Counted from the stretch's first letter, positions 10,371 to 20,459 are shown. The stretch is DNA of 64,000 nt from Candidatus Hydrogenedentota bacterium (GCA_012730105.1 JAAYBJ010000284.1:7872-71871); one strand, 5' to 3'. Numbers and translations: made by a program. The notes: generated by a model from the sequence alone, not told the origin.

Positions 10371-11659
10371 TGACCCGCATCCCGCGCATCGACTGTGCCC
10401 GAAGTTTCGTCTGTATCCGAAGGGGCGGCGGTGCGCAACAGCATCCCTTCCACGGGCGCAGCCAGGTCGGTGATGACCAGGGCCTCCCCGTCTAGAATGC
10501 CGTCAGAAATATACACTTCTTCCTGGGAACTCCAGGCCACGGTCACCGGACGAATGTTCAAGGTGTTTTCCGGGGTCATTATCCAAACCGTATTTCCCTC
10601 ATGAAGATGGGTGCGCGAGATGGACGCAATCCCGGGAATGGTTTTGCCTTCGATAAGCACCCGGACAAAGGAATCAAGCAACAGCACCCGCTCCGGGGCA
10701 TCATTCGCATGCAGGTTCAGAGGGTCCTCAACGGTTATAAGAAGGCGCGCCATGCGCCCCTGCGGCTCAAGATCCGGAAGCAGCCTTGCCACATGCCCGG
10801 TTCGGTGGTGTTCCTCGCCCCAGGCCACCGGATTGTAGACCCGGGCTAAGGAGCCCAGTTCGTCATTTGACTCCGGCAGCACTATCCATGACAGTTCATT
10901 CAGTGGCACGGATACTTCAATCCAGAATACATCGGTGCCCGCCAGTGTGGCCAATGAGCTTCCCGCCGAAACATAGGCGCCCTTTTCAACAGACCGGGTG
11001 AGAACAACGGCATTGAAGGGGGCGATAATGGCAGTCCGCTCCAGATCGAGTTTCGCCTTTTCCACCGCGCTTTCAGCAACGGCAACCGTTGCTTCCTTGG
11101 CTGCCAACTGGGGTTTTCGCAACAACAGATCAAGGTCCGGCGCTTCAATATTCTCCAAAAGCAGCTCGTATTCGCTCCGGGCCACGGCCTGTTGCCCCAT
11201 TTCGATGCGCACCTCGGATTCGGCCTTTACAAGATTGCCTTCTTGTTGTTCAAGGGCAAGTTCATAATCCTCCCGGTCCACCTGAAGAATCTTGGTATCT
11301 TTCTTCAGGATGCCGCCGGGGACAAAATCCGGGCTTACCTCCGTAATCTGGCCGCTTATTCGCGCCGCCAACTGTATGCGCAACGCGGGGATTACCGTCC
11401 CCATGGCATGTACGATAACCTGTCTATCCTCCAAAACAACCGGAACGGTGCCCACCAGAACAGCCTGCTTACGCGGCTTCTGTCTTTCAGGTACGGGACG
11501 GTTAATAAGCCAATACCGCGAAATAACGATTGTCACAAGTACCAACGTCGCAATCAAGAGCAACTGGATAATGGAAAATAGTGTTCTAAAAAAACGGGAC
11601 GTTTTCAGGGGTTGATTGCCATCAGTTTCTTTATAGGCGCTCATACTCGTTTTTCCCAT
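10367..11659 (-). CDS. RND efflux periplasmic adaptor (membrane fusion protein, HlyD-like)
   Basis: 430 aa. N-terminal TM anchor, coiled-coil region, beta-barrel/lipoyl-like segments. Operon position between OMF and RND. Confidence 0.85.
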   Translation of the reverse strand: MGKTSMSAYKETDGNQPLKTSRFFRTLFSIIQLLLIATLVLVTIVISRYWLINRPVPERQKPRKQAVLVGTVPVVLEDRQVIVHAMGTVIPALRIQLAARISGQITEVSPDFVPGGILKKDTKILQVDREDYELALEQQEGNLVKAESEVRIEMGQQAVARSEYELLLENIEAPDLDLLLRKPQLAAKEATVAVAESAVEKAKLDLERTAIIAPFNAVVLTRSVEKGAYVSAGSSLATLAGTDVFWIEVSVPLNELSWIVLPESNDELGSLARVYNPVAWGEEHHRTGHVARLLPDLEPQGRMARLLITVEDPLNLHANDAPERVLLLDSFVRVLIEGKTIPGIASISRTHLHEGNTVWIMTPENTLNIRPVTVAWSSQEEVYISDGILDGEALVITDLAAPVEGMLLRTAAPSDTDETSGTVDARDAGQ

Positions 11660-11698
11660 AGTGGGGGAAACACCATGTTTACACTCCGCATTCTGTTT

Positions 11699-13324
11699 TT
11701 AATTACTTGATTGGACCGATGTTTCGTCGACTCCGGTTAATCCGGAAACGCTCTCTTGCTCCGGCATATCAAGGCCATGTTTTTCCATCCAAGTGCCGCC
11801 CAAGGCGAGGCAGATCTGGAGCCGGTATTGGAGGCGAACGAATTCCGCCTGTACTATGCGCCTCTCCACGGCCTGCAGTTGCGTCATGGCAGTCAGGACC
11901 GGCAAATAATCTATCACGCCGTTCAAATAGCGCTGCATGGCCTGTTCATACGTGTCTTTTATGGCCTTTTGTTCCTGTTTCAGCAATTCGACATATTCGG
12001 CCTGTTTTTCTTCACGCATCATTGCCAGTTCCACTTCCAGAACACTTTCCAGGATGCTTAATTGATACGCGGCAAGGCGTTCTTCAACCACGGCGCGGGT
12101 GCGTTCAACTTCCGCCTTGCGCCGTCCTCCGTCAAAAAGCGGCCCTGTCAGGCTTCCCGCCAACCTTGCCAGCCAGTTGTCAAAAATGGCGGTCCACTCT
12201 TCCGCGTTATAGGACGCCCCGGCGGAAAGCCTGATCGCGGGCATCCTGTCCGCACGCGCGGCGCTAACATACCAATCCGCTGCCTGCAGGCGCAAGCCCG
12301 TTGCCCGGACATCGGGGCGGTTTGCCAGCAAATCCGCCGGCAAGCCCGCTTCGGGCAAGGGACCCACTTCCGGTAAAACATCCGTCTTGATGGCAGGCGT
12401 ATTTCGAGGCGCCTTACCCATCAACACAGCCAATTCGAGTAATGCCGCGTCCAGCGACTCTTCCAGGGTCGGTACCAAAGAGGCGGTCTGTGCCGTCACC
12501 TGCCGCTGTTGATAGACATCAAGCGCCGTGGCGAGGCCCCTGGCAAAGCGAAACTTTATAAGAGTCAACGTTGTCTCGTTCAGTGTATGCTGCTCATTAA
12601 CCAGGTTTAGCACCTGCCGGTTGGCAGCAACTGTCAGCCACTGCCGTGCAACCGTTCCGGAAAGGCTCAGCATGGCGCCGTATACATCTTCCCTGGACGA
12701 CTCCAGTTCAAGCAGGGCCGCCTGATGCTGCGAACGGACACGCCCCCAAAGATCCACTTCGTAACTGCTCGCCAACCCGAAACTGTAGGAATGGCTTACC
12801 GTGGTAACGCTGGAGGGGGGGGATGCTTCCGTCAAGGTCTGGGCTGCCTGGAGGCGTGACTGCAGGGAGCGAAGTTCAGAGGAGAACGAACTTTCGCCAC
12901 CGCCTTGCACATCCGGATTCAGCAAGGTTCCCAATGCGGCCAGCCGTTTGTTCAACACTTCCAAATCAGATGCTGCGAGATCCGCCTGCATATGACGGCG
13001 GCTGACGGAGGTTTCTCCCGTAATACTCAGTTCCGGGAATCTGCCGGCTCCCGCTTTACGTGCAAGTTGCTCTGCCTGCAACAACCGGGAATTCATCTGC
13101 TGCAATGACAAGTTGCCGGCCAAAGCCGCCTCAATTAATTGGTTCAGTTCCTCGGAATTGAACGAGGTCCACCAACATTCCGGAACAGGCGCACCAGCGT
13201 CATACAACGTATAGGCTTCAGGAAAAAAGGCTTTTTGATCCCTCGGTTCGGGATCAAAACGGGCACAGCCGAACACGGCCGCAATAAAAAACAGGACGCT
13301 TGTAATTGAAAGAAAAAAACGCAT
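11699..13324 (-). CDS. Efflux outer-membrane factor (TolC/NodT-family lipoprotein)
   Basis: 541 aa. Lipoprotein signal (…AAVFGC), two tandem TolC-like repeats. First gene of the OMF-MFP-RND operon. Confidence 0.85.
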   Translation of the reverse strand: MRFFLSITSVLFFIAAVFGCARFDPEPRDQKAFFPEAYTLYDAGAPVPECWWTSFNSEELNQLIEAALAGNLSLQQMNSRLLQAEQLARKAGAGRFPELSITGETSVSRRHMQADLAASDLEVLNKRLAALGTLLNPDVQGGGESSFSSELRSLQSRLQAAQTLTEASPPSSVTTVSHSYSFGLASSYEVDLWGRVRSQHQAALLELESSREDVYGAMLSLSGTVARQWLTVAANRQVLNLVNEQHTLNETTLTLIKFRFARGLATALDVYQQRQVTAQTASLVPTLEESLDAALLELAVLMGKAPRNTPAIKTDVLPEVGPLPEAGLPADLLANRPDVRATGLRLQAADWYVSAARADRMPAIRLSAGASYNAEEWTAIFDNWLARLAGSLTGPLFDGGRRKAEVERTRAVVEERLAAYQLSILESVLEVELAMMREEKQAEYVELLKQEQKAIKDTYEQAMQRYLNGVIDYLPVLTAMTQLQAVERRIVQAEFVRLQYRLQICLALGGTWMEKHGLDMPEQESVSGLTGVDETSVQSSN

Positions 13325-13629
13325 GTGATCTCGTGCTTATGGGTAACTACCAATAGCATTGGGATGCTTCGCCTCTCGACAGGCGTTGCCATGCTTCTAC
13401 TCTCAAGAAATAAACAGACATCCTGATAAGGGCGATTTCCTCATATGAAGAACATGATGATACAAAATTAGGCAGGACAATTTCATTATCTGTGAAAAGG
13501 GACTTCATTCCCTTGCGTTTGACACACTCTACAGACACGATGAAATTTCGTTGGAGGCATTCATCAGGACTATTCCTCCCGGTAGGATTTGATACCATCT
13601 CCGAACGAATGCTAGAATTCAGCGACCGG

Positions 13630-13840
13630 TTCTCAGGGCGATAGTCGCTCTGACGCTAAGAGGGAATCCGGTGAGAATCCGGAACTGCCCCGCAGCGGTA
13701 AACAGGAACGAACGGCGCGATCGTGGTGTCTTTTCAACACGGTAAACGCACTGGTCCCATTGGATGGGGCTGGGAAGCGGCGTCAAGTAGGAACAGCCTC
13801 CAGGGAATATGCCTGTAAGTCCGAAGACCTGCCGGAAAAA
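13630..13840 (+). promoter_or_regulatory. Cobalamin (AdoCbl) riboswitch
   Basis: Matches the conserved core …AGAGGGAATCCGGTGAGAATCCGGAACTGCCCCGCAGCGGTAAACAGG…, then …GCACTGGTCCC…GGGAAGCGGCG…, then the B12-box …GTAAGTCCGAAGACCTGCCGG. Lies ~120 nt upstream of the CDS at 13958. Confidence 0.85.
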
Positions 13841-13957
13841 GTAATGCGACGCTATTCTAATTCTGAAAGCCATGTTCGAGGTGGAATATCGCAGAGTCAA
13901 TTTCCCCCTAGCATGCCTTGACGACTTGAATGGCCCGCAAGAAACGAGGGTTTCATC

Positions 13958-15346
13958 ATGAATCAAAATGCACCAGTTCCCCACCCGACCTCCTTTTCAT
14001 CCCTTGTCGTAAGACACAGTCTGTTATTGATTGTTGTCTTTCACCTTGCATTGTCAGCGGTTGCACAAGGGCCGTCTTCTTTAAACCAAGCCCTGATTAA
14101 GCCTTATTACATGTTTCCGGTGTCTTTGGAATCAGCGCTGGTCAGTTTTGACTGGGACGCCTCGGGGGCACTCCACTATACCGTGGGTGACCCAAATTAC
14201 GGGTTAAAATTGGAAGTATATAAGCTTTCACAAGACACCCCAATTCTGGTTTATGAAACCGCAAGCGCTTGGGTCGGCTCATTGCTGACTTGTATCGGAG
14301 ATTACATTTACTTTAATGACGGCGGGGATTACTTGCGGGGAGACTTTAATTACTATTTCTACAACGCATCAAACCCGGAAACCGTGGTGCCTCTGCTAAT
14401 AGCACCTTACGGCGCCAGCCTCTGGGGTGTTACCGGCCGCGGTACGGATGAACTTTTTGCTTCCGGTTCCACGGCAACCTGGGGACCGGCATCGTTATTT
14501 TACAGTCCCCTGGACAGTTCGGGCATGCTGGAATCCACGCCTCCGGTGGTATTCGGTGAGATTGGCGATTCCCCTGGCCCCATGGCCTTTGATCCCTCCG
14601 GTAATCTGTACTATGTGCCGGGCTATGCCTACAGCGGCACGGCAACGATTTACCGTTGGAACGTCCAGGAGGTGGATGCCGCTTTGACAGGCGGGTCCGG
14701 TATGGGTCTTCAGCCCGCCGGACACGACTGGGCGACATTACCCGCGCCCTACGACGGTGCGACAGGCATGATTGCCGACCCCTATGGGAACATTTATGTT
14801 ACGGCAACATCCTGGGGCGCGCCCAGCCAACTGCTGGCATTCAGGGAAGACAACGCAATGGTGACACCCGCCGCGGAATATGTTGGAAGACTGGAAACAT
14901 TACGTTACCGGGATAACGCCATCTACATGAGTTGCGCGAACGGTATTTTTCGTATGCCGTTACTCACCGTGGAATTCTCCCTTGAAGACACGGATGTACT
15001 GGCCACAGTGGGGGAGACCGCGGTCTTTGCGATTAACGCAACAGGCGGCATAGGCAACCGAAGCTATCACTGGTACCGAATGGACGATCAGAATACGAGA
15101 GTACTCGTGGGAACCGACCTGTCCCACTATTCCATGACCGCCCAAAGTGAAGACTCGGGAACCGTCTATTTCTGCCTGGTCAAGGATGATGTGTATTCGA
15201 TTGAATCGCCCCATTTCAGCCTGACGGTTCAAGACCCGGTACCCTTGGCAGCCCCCGTAATATTGTTGTCCGGCGCGATCATACTTGCCGTGGCGGGCAG
15301 TATCGTGCTTATTAAACGCCGTTCCCCGGCAGAAGATATTGCCTGA
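13958..15346 (+). CDS. Secreted beta-propeller + Ig-like domain protein with C-terminal exosortase-type sorting anchor (VPLPA/PEP-CTERM-like)
   Basis: 462 aa. Signal peptide. About 6 repeated blade motifs (GDPNYG…, GDYIYFNDGGDY, SGNLYYVPGYAY, YGNIYVTATSW, NAIYMSCANGIF). Ig-like domain (…DSGTVYFCLV…). C-terminus VPLAAPVILLSGAIILAVAGSIVLIKRRS. Preceded by the B12 riboswitch. Confidence 0.7.
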   Translation: MNQNAPVPHPTSFSSLVVRHSLLLIVVFHLALSAVAQGPSSLNQALIKPYYMFPVSLESALVSFDWDASGALHYTVGDPNYGLKLEVYKLSQDTPILVYETASAWVGSLLTCIGDYIYFNDGGDYLRGDFNYYFYNASNPETVVPLLIAPYGASLWGVTGRGTDELFASGSTATWGPASLFYSPLDSSGMLESTPPVVFGEIGDSPGPMAFDPSGNLYYVPGYAYSGTATIYRWNVQEVDAALTGGSGMGLQPAGHDWATLPAPYDGATGMIADPYGNIYVTATSWGAPSQLLAFREDNAMVTPAAEYVGRLETLRYRDNAIYMSCANGIFRMPLLTVEFSLEDTDVLATVGETAVFAINATGGIGNRSYHWYRMDDQNTRVLVGTDLSHYSMTAQSEDSGTVYFCLVKDDVYSIESPHFSLTVQDPVPLAAPVILLSGAIILAVAGSIVLIKRRSPAEDIA

Positions 15347-15431
15347 AAACAGCCCGGCCGAAAAGTTGCAAAACACTCCTTGTTTTTGCTAAAGTATGTT
15401 CACTCTCTTGAGGGGATATGCAGCCATATAC

Positions 15432-15508
<77 letters not shown>

Positions 15509-15520
15509 TTTGTTTTTATG

Positions 15521-15551
15521 CCGCCTGGTTTTGCCAGGCGGTATTTTTTTT
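15521..15551 (+). terminator. Rho-independent terminator downstream of tRNA-Asp
   Basis: GC hairpin CCGCCTGG-ttttg-CCAGGCGG followed by a T9 tract. Functional on the + strand only. Confidence 0.7.
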
Positions 15552-15657
15552 CTCACGGGTGAAGCACGGAAAGTTTATAAGGCCTATTGGACCTATAAAA
15601 AGGGCCCTGCGGTAGTTCCGCAGGACCCTTACGTATGCTGCAAGCGTTTTTGGGGGA

Positions 15658-16824
15658 TCAGTCACACAGTTCGAACACGCCGGCGCCGCCCATGCCGCCG
15701 CCGATGCACATGGTTTCCAAGCCCCACTTGACACCACGCTTCTTCATCTCATAAATCAGCTGGGTGGCAAGTTTTGCACCCGTTGCACCGAGGGGATGAC
15801 CAAGAGCGATGGCGCCGCCATTCACATTGACAATCGCCGGATCGAGATTGTAATGCTTGACCACGTACAGGGTCTGCGAGGCAAAAGCTTCGTTGCACTC
15901 AATCAACCCAATGTCGGCGATAGTAATGCCGGCCTGCTTCAAGGCACTGTCAATGGCGGGAATCTGGGCCGGCCCGAGATATCCGGGATCACCGGCGCCC
16001 ACGGCATAGCCGCGTAAACGCGCCATCGGTTTCAAGCCCAGTTCCTTGACGGCCTTAGCGCTTGCGAGGACGGTAGCCGCTGCACCGCAGCTGGTCTGGC
16101 TGGAGTTACCGGCCGTGGCAATGCCTTTTCCGCCAGGCCCCGCAAAGGCAGGCTTTAATTTGGCCAAACCTTCCAAGGTGGTCTCAGGGCGGGGACCCTC
16201 ATCCGTGTCAAAAGTAAACGTTTTGCCGTTTGGCGCTTTGACTTCGAGCGGTACGATTTGTTCCTTGAACGTGCCCTTCGCAATGGCCTCAGAGGCGCGC
16301 TGATTGCTCATTACGCCCCATTCGTCGCATTCTTCACGGGTAATGTTAAAGTCCTTGCCCATGTTGTCCGCGCATTGGCCCATACCGGTATAAGCGCGGG
16401 GATTGCTCTTGACCAGCGACGGGTTGGGCATCAACTTGTTACCGCCCATGGGGATAAGACTCATGGACTCGACACCGCCCGCGATGGCGATATCGAGCAT
16501 GCCGCACTCAATCTTGGCGCCCGCGATGGCCATAGACTCCAATCCGGAGGAGCAGAACCTGTTCACGGTCTCGCCGGGAATGGTATCAGGCAACCCTGCG
16601 ATAAGCAGGGCCAGACGCCCGACATTCATGCCGGACTCCGCTTCGGGAAATGCACAACCAAGAACACAGTCTTGGATCTTTTCTGCTGGAATGCCGGAAC
16701 GCTTTACGGCTTCCCGAATCGCGGCGGCGGCCAGGTCATCGGGACGCACATGGGCAATCGCGCTGCCGGCTTTGGACCGGCCCACAGCCGTGCGAACGGC
16801 TGAAACTACATATACGTTTTCCAT
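15658..16824 (-). CDS. fadA: Acetyl-CoA C-acyltransferase (3-ketoacyl-CoA thiolase)
   Basis: 388 aa. Thiolase N-terminus (VYVVSAVRTAVGRSKAG…) with an active-site Cys region. Adjacent to fadN. Confidence 0.9.
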   Translation of the reverse strand: MENVYVVSAVRTAVGRSKAGSAIAHVRPDDLAAAAIREAVKRSGIPAEKIQDCVLGCAFPEAESGMNVGRLALLIAGLPDTIPGETVNRFCSSGLESMAIAGAKIECGMLDIAIAGGVESMSLIPMGGNKLMPNPSLVKSNPRAYTGMGQCADNMGKDFNITREECDEWGVMSNQRASEAIAKGTFKEQIVPLEVKAPNGKTFTFDTDEGPRPETTLEGLAKLKPAFAGPGGKGIATAGNSSQTSCGAAATVLASAKAVKELGLKPMARLRGYAVGAGDPGYLGPAQIPAIDSALKQAGITIADIGLIECNEAFASQTLYVVKHYNLDPAIVNVNGGAIALGHPLGATGAKLATQLIYEMKKRGVKWGLETMCIGGGMGGAGVFELCD

Positions 16825-16838
16825 GCTTACACTCTCCT

Positions 16839-19241
16839 TTAGTTACGCAGCGGCTTGCCGCTGGCAAGCATGTTCTGAATCCGCGCCTGAGTTTTTTCGG
16901 TACCGCAAAGGCTTACGAAAGCCTCGCACTCGAGATCAAGGAAATCCTGCTCGGTCATGGGGGTGCCTGCGGCACGATCGCCACCGCACAGGATATTCGC
17001 AATATGACTGCTGATCAGCATATCATGCTCGCTCGCCCAACCGGCTTCTTTCATGCCCCAGACACCGGCTGCAAAAACAGCCTTAGCGCTTTCACCCAGG
17101 GCGTACAGGCGCGGCTTGCGCGGCGGGGCATAACCCGCCACCACCATGCCGCGGCATACCGCCTTGGCCTTCTGAATCTGGTGGTCATAGTTAGGCAGCA
17201 CGATGTCGCTGGCACGGAAATAGCCCAGTTCGATCACTTCGGCGCCGCTGGTGCCGACTTTCGCGGTCGCAATGTTTTCAAAAGCCCGGCGCACAAAGGG
17301 GAAGGCGTCATTGGGCTGGATGTTCTCTGGCATATACTCCAGAGCGCGCACCAGCAGTTCCGTGGTGCCGCCGCCCGCAGGAATCACACCCACACCCACT
17401 TCAACAAGTCCTGCGTAGGTTTCACCGGCCAGAACGACTTTGTCCGCGTGTTGGCAGATTTCCACACCGCCGCCGAAGGTATAATGATGCGGCGCCGCAA
17501 CGACGGGCGCACTGCAGTATTTCATGCGCATGCCGATACCTTGCAGGCCGCGCACCATGTCTTCGAGGCCTTTCCAATTCTCCTGCATGGCGTCACCCAG
17601 AACAAGCATCAGGTTCGCGCCCGCGCAGAAATGGGGCCCCTGGTTGCCAATAACCATGCCCTCAAATTTGCCTTCTTCCAGCAGGTCAACACCCTTGTTA
17701 AGTACGGCGACAATATCGGGGCCGATGGCATTCATCTTGCAGTGGAATTCAGCGCAAATGATCCCGTCTCCAAGATCCACCAGGCTGGCTTCATCCATTT
17801 TCTCCACGATGTTTGTGGGATTGGCCTTGACATTGATTAGTTTCAATTCGTTCGGATTGGTGGGCACCGGTTTGTAGGTCTTCGTCGCGAGGTCGAAGAA
17901 CAGGTCCACGCCTTTTTCGGACTTGTAAAACGACTTGCCGCCAGCCTCCTTGACCGCCTGTGCGATGGGCGGCAAGGCGATGCCTTCGGCAGCCATCCGT
18001 TCACAGACTTCGTCAAAGCCGAGGATGTCCCAGGTCTCGAAAATGCCGACTTCCCAGGCAAATCCCCACTTGCAGGCATTATCCAGATTCACGATATCAT
18101 CCGTGATTTCAGGAATACGGTTGCCCGCGTATTGGGCCATGTTCGCGAAAAACTTGAAGAGGAACTTGGAACCTTCGTCATCTCCGAAATGCATGACCTT
18201 CAGTTTTTCAGCGAGGCTGCCCGCGCTGCGCGCCGCGCCCGTGCAGGCAAACCGAGGCTTGACAGGAGCGCGATAGTCCACCGTCGCCGGGTCAAAGCCA
18301 AGAATAACCTTCTTGCCTTTTTCATCCCGTTCCTTGGTGGCCTTGTAAAATCCGGAACCAGACTTGTTCCCGAAATAGCCCTTTTCGATCATCTTGTCGA
18401 ACCAGTCCGGGCCTTTCATCATGTCACGGCGTTCATCATCCGGGCAGCCGTTATACACGTTGCCGACCACTTTCTGAAGGGTGTCCAGCCCCACAAGGTC
18501 GGCCGTCCTGAAGGTCGCCGAACTCGCATGGCCGATGGCGGGTCCGGTCAGGGCGTCGATTTCCTCCACACCCAGGCCGGCTTTTGTCATTTCATGCATC
18601 AGGTATTGCATGGCAAAGGTGATGATACGGTTGGCTACAAAGTTGGGCGTGTCCTTGGCATAGACGATACCCTTGCCGAGCACGTTTTCACCAAAAGCGC
18701 CCACTTCCTTTACCACTTCGGGTTTCGTCTTAGCCGTGGGAATTACTTCAAGAAGTTTGAGGTAACGCGGGGGATTGAAGAAATGGGTGCCCAGGAAATG
18801 CTGGGCCATTTCATCGGGCATATCTTCAGCCATCGCGGAGATGAGAATACCGCTGGTATTGGAACTGACAATGCTACCCGGCTTCCTGTACTTTGCCACT
18901 TGCGCGAAAATCTTTTTCTTGATGTCAAGTTTTTCAATGACCACTTCGATGATCATATCGCAATCCGAGATTTTCTCCATGTCGTCCTCGAAATTGCCGA
19001 TCTCGATCATGTCGATATACGACTTGACATACAAGGGCGCCGGCTTGGCCTTTAACAAGGCCGCTTTGGCGCCGGCCGCGATTGCATCGCGCTTTGCCTT
19101 GTTCTTTTTGTCCTCATCGGACAGATTCGGGGGCACGATATCCAGCATGACACTTGGAATACCGCAGTTGGCCAGGTGCGCGGCGATGGCCGCACCCATG
19201 ACGCCCGAACCCAATACTGCGACACGTTTAATTTCCCTCAT
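16839..19241 (-). CDS. fadN: Multifunctional 3-hydroxyacyl-CoA dehydrogenase / enoyl-CoA hydratase (FadN/FadJ-like)
   Basis: 800 aa. N-terminal NAD-binding GSGVMGAAIA of 3-hydroxyacyl-CoA dehydrogenase, C-terminal crotonase-fold region. RBS AAGGAG 10 nt upstream. Confidence 0.85.
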   Translation of the reverse strand: MREIKRVAVLGSGVMGAAIAAHLANCGIPSVMLDIVPPNLSDEDKKNKAKRDAIAAGAKAALLKAKPAPLYVKSYIDMIEIGNFEDDMEKISDCDMIIEVVIEKLDIKKKIFAQVAKYRKPGSIVSSNTSGILISAMAEDMPDEMAQHFLGTHFFNPPRYLKLLEVIPTAKTKPEVVKEVGAFGENVLGKGIVYAKDTPNFVANRIITFAMQYLMHEMTKAGLGVEEIDALTGPAIGHASSATFRTADLVGLDTLQKVVGNVYNGCPDDERRDMMKGPDWFDKMIEKGYFGNKSGSGFYKATKERDEKGKKVILGFDPATVDYRAPVKPRFACTGAARSAGSLAEKLKVMHFGDDEGSKFLFKFFANMAQYAGNRIPEITDDIVNLDNACKWGFAWEVGIFETWDILGFDEVCERMAAEGIALPPIAQAVKEAGGKSFYKSEKGVDLFFDLATKTYKPVPTNPNELKLINVKANPTNIVEKMDEASLVDLGDGIICAEFHCKMNAIGPDIVAVLNKGVDLLEEGKFEGMVIGNQGPHFCAGANLMLVLGDAMQENWKGLEDMVRGLQGIGMRMKYCSAPVVAAPHHYTFGGGVEICQHADKVVLAGETYAGLVEVGVGVIPAGGGTTELLVRALEYMPENIQPNDAFPFVRRAFENIATAKVGTSGAEVIELGYFRASDIVLPNYDHQIQKAKAVCRGMVVAGYAPPRKPRLYALGESAKAVFAAGVWGMKEAGWASEHDMLISSHIANILCGGDRAAGTPMTEQDFLDLECEAFVSLCGTEKTQARIQNMLASGKPLRN

Positions 19242-19294
19242 CGCATCATTTCTCCTTATTGATTGACTCGCAACTTGGGCCTTACCATTGTATA

Positions 19295-19310
19295 CTTAAC
19301 GGTCGTTAAG
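19295..19310. promoter_or_regulatory. Perfect 7-2-7 inverted repeat CTTAACG-GT-CGTTAAG in the fadN promoter region (candidate operator)
   Basis: Seen directly. Lies ~55 bp upstream of the fadN start, overlapping promoter-like hexamers. Confidence 0.35.
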
Positions 19311-19554
19311 CATTATCTATGGTACACCATTTCCAGTCCTACTTCAAGTTTATTTTTCCCGCCCAACGCCCTTCTATCTCATCAGTCAATACGGGGGCAT
19401 TCTGCTCTTGGGCAGTTCTGTCGCAGTGAAATATTGTTCCCGCCACACATTTGCGTTACCATATACCGTCTTTTTCTTTGCGATACACAAACTGCATAAG
19501 ATAACCACGGGCATGGTTCGAGACCTTAGGTAAAAAGAGAATGTTCCCAGTCCG

Positions 19555-20427
19555 ATGACATGTATTATTCATATAACAGACTTGCACTTCTGGAATATTG
19601 TTTATAATCCGTTCTACCTCTGCAACAAACGCATTCTGGGTAATTTGAACCTGATACTGCGACGTCATCGCTATGTTCACAAGGAAAGGGCTCAATCCTT
19701 TCTGCAGGTACTCTCCGAAATTCAGCCCGACGGCATACTAATTGGCGGCGACCTGACCACAACGGCAACGCGCGAGGAATTTCAGCAGGCCGCGAATTTT
19801 CTGGACCAAGTATCGGCACGATGTCCCGCAATTTATCTTCTCCCCGGTAATCACGATTATTACACGTTTGAATCCTGCCGGAAGCACCGATTCGAACACT
19901 ATTGCGGAAAACACGCGCCAATAAGCGTGGACCCTGTTCTATCCATGCTGCCCGGAGATATCTCCTTAATACGCATTCCCACGGTCAGACCAAACCTGAT
20001 CACTTCACGTGGCTTCATATCCGAAGAACAACTTACTAAGGTGAAAAAACTTCTTGAAAGAAAGGGCCCCAACCCGACACTTGCCCTTGCACATTACCCC
20101 GTACTTTCACGTACAGCGCATTATCATTCCGGATATGACAGAAGGCTCGGCGGCGCCAGTGCCCTAAGGGGTATACTGGGGCACTCAGGCCATCCCATTC
20201 TCTACCTTGCCGGCCATGTCCACGTTTTCACCCATACCATGGATCCGACATACAACAATATTACGCATATAACCACAAGCGCGTTATTCTATGACAAACA
20301 GAAACGGCGTGGCGGATTCACGGAAATCAAAGTGGATGCCGGAACTATGCGGATTTTCCCCTGGAGTTATCAGGACGGTTGGATCAGGGGCGTGGAATCA
20401 CATCCCGCCGCCGAAGTACCCTGCTGA
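19555..20427 (+). CDS. Metallophosphoesterase (calcineurin-like phosphoesterase)
   Basis: 290 aa. Motifs DLHF, GDLT, GNHDYY, GHVH in canonical order. Confidence 0.8.
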   Translation: MTCIIHITDLHFWNIVYNPFYLCNKRILGNLNLILRRHRYVHKERAQSFLQVLSEIQPDGILIGGDLTTTATREEFQQAANFLDQVSARCPAIYLLPGNHDYYTFESCRKHRFEHYCGKHAPISVDPVLSMLPGDISLIRIPTVRPNLITSRGFISEEQLTKVKKLLERKGPNPTLALAHYPVLSRTAHYHSGYDRRLGGASALRGILGHSGHPILYLAGHVHVFTHTMDPTYNNITHITTSALFYDKQKRRGGFTEIKVDAGTMRIFPWSYQDGWIRGVESHPAAEVPC

Positions 20428-20459
20428 AAGGGTCATCGGTCCACCACAAGTTCACCTTC

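Noticed and set aside
13347-13984. Minus-strand ORFs 13347..13598 and 13619..13984 upstream of the OMF gene
   Set aside because: They overlap the cobalamin riboswitch on the opposite strand and lack coding features. The region is better explained as a regulatory leader.
15521-15541. Hairpin after tRNA-Asp as a bidirectional terminator also serving fadA
   Set aside because: On the minus strand the hairpin is followed by A-rich rather than U-rich sequence. It is therefore only a + strand terminator.
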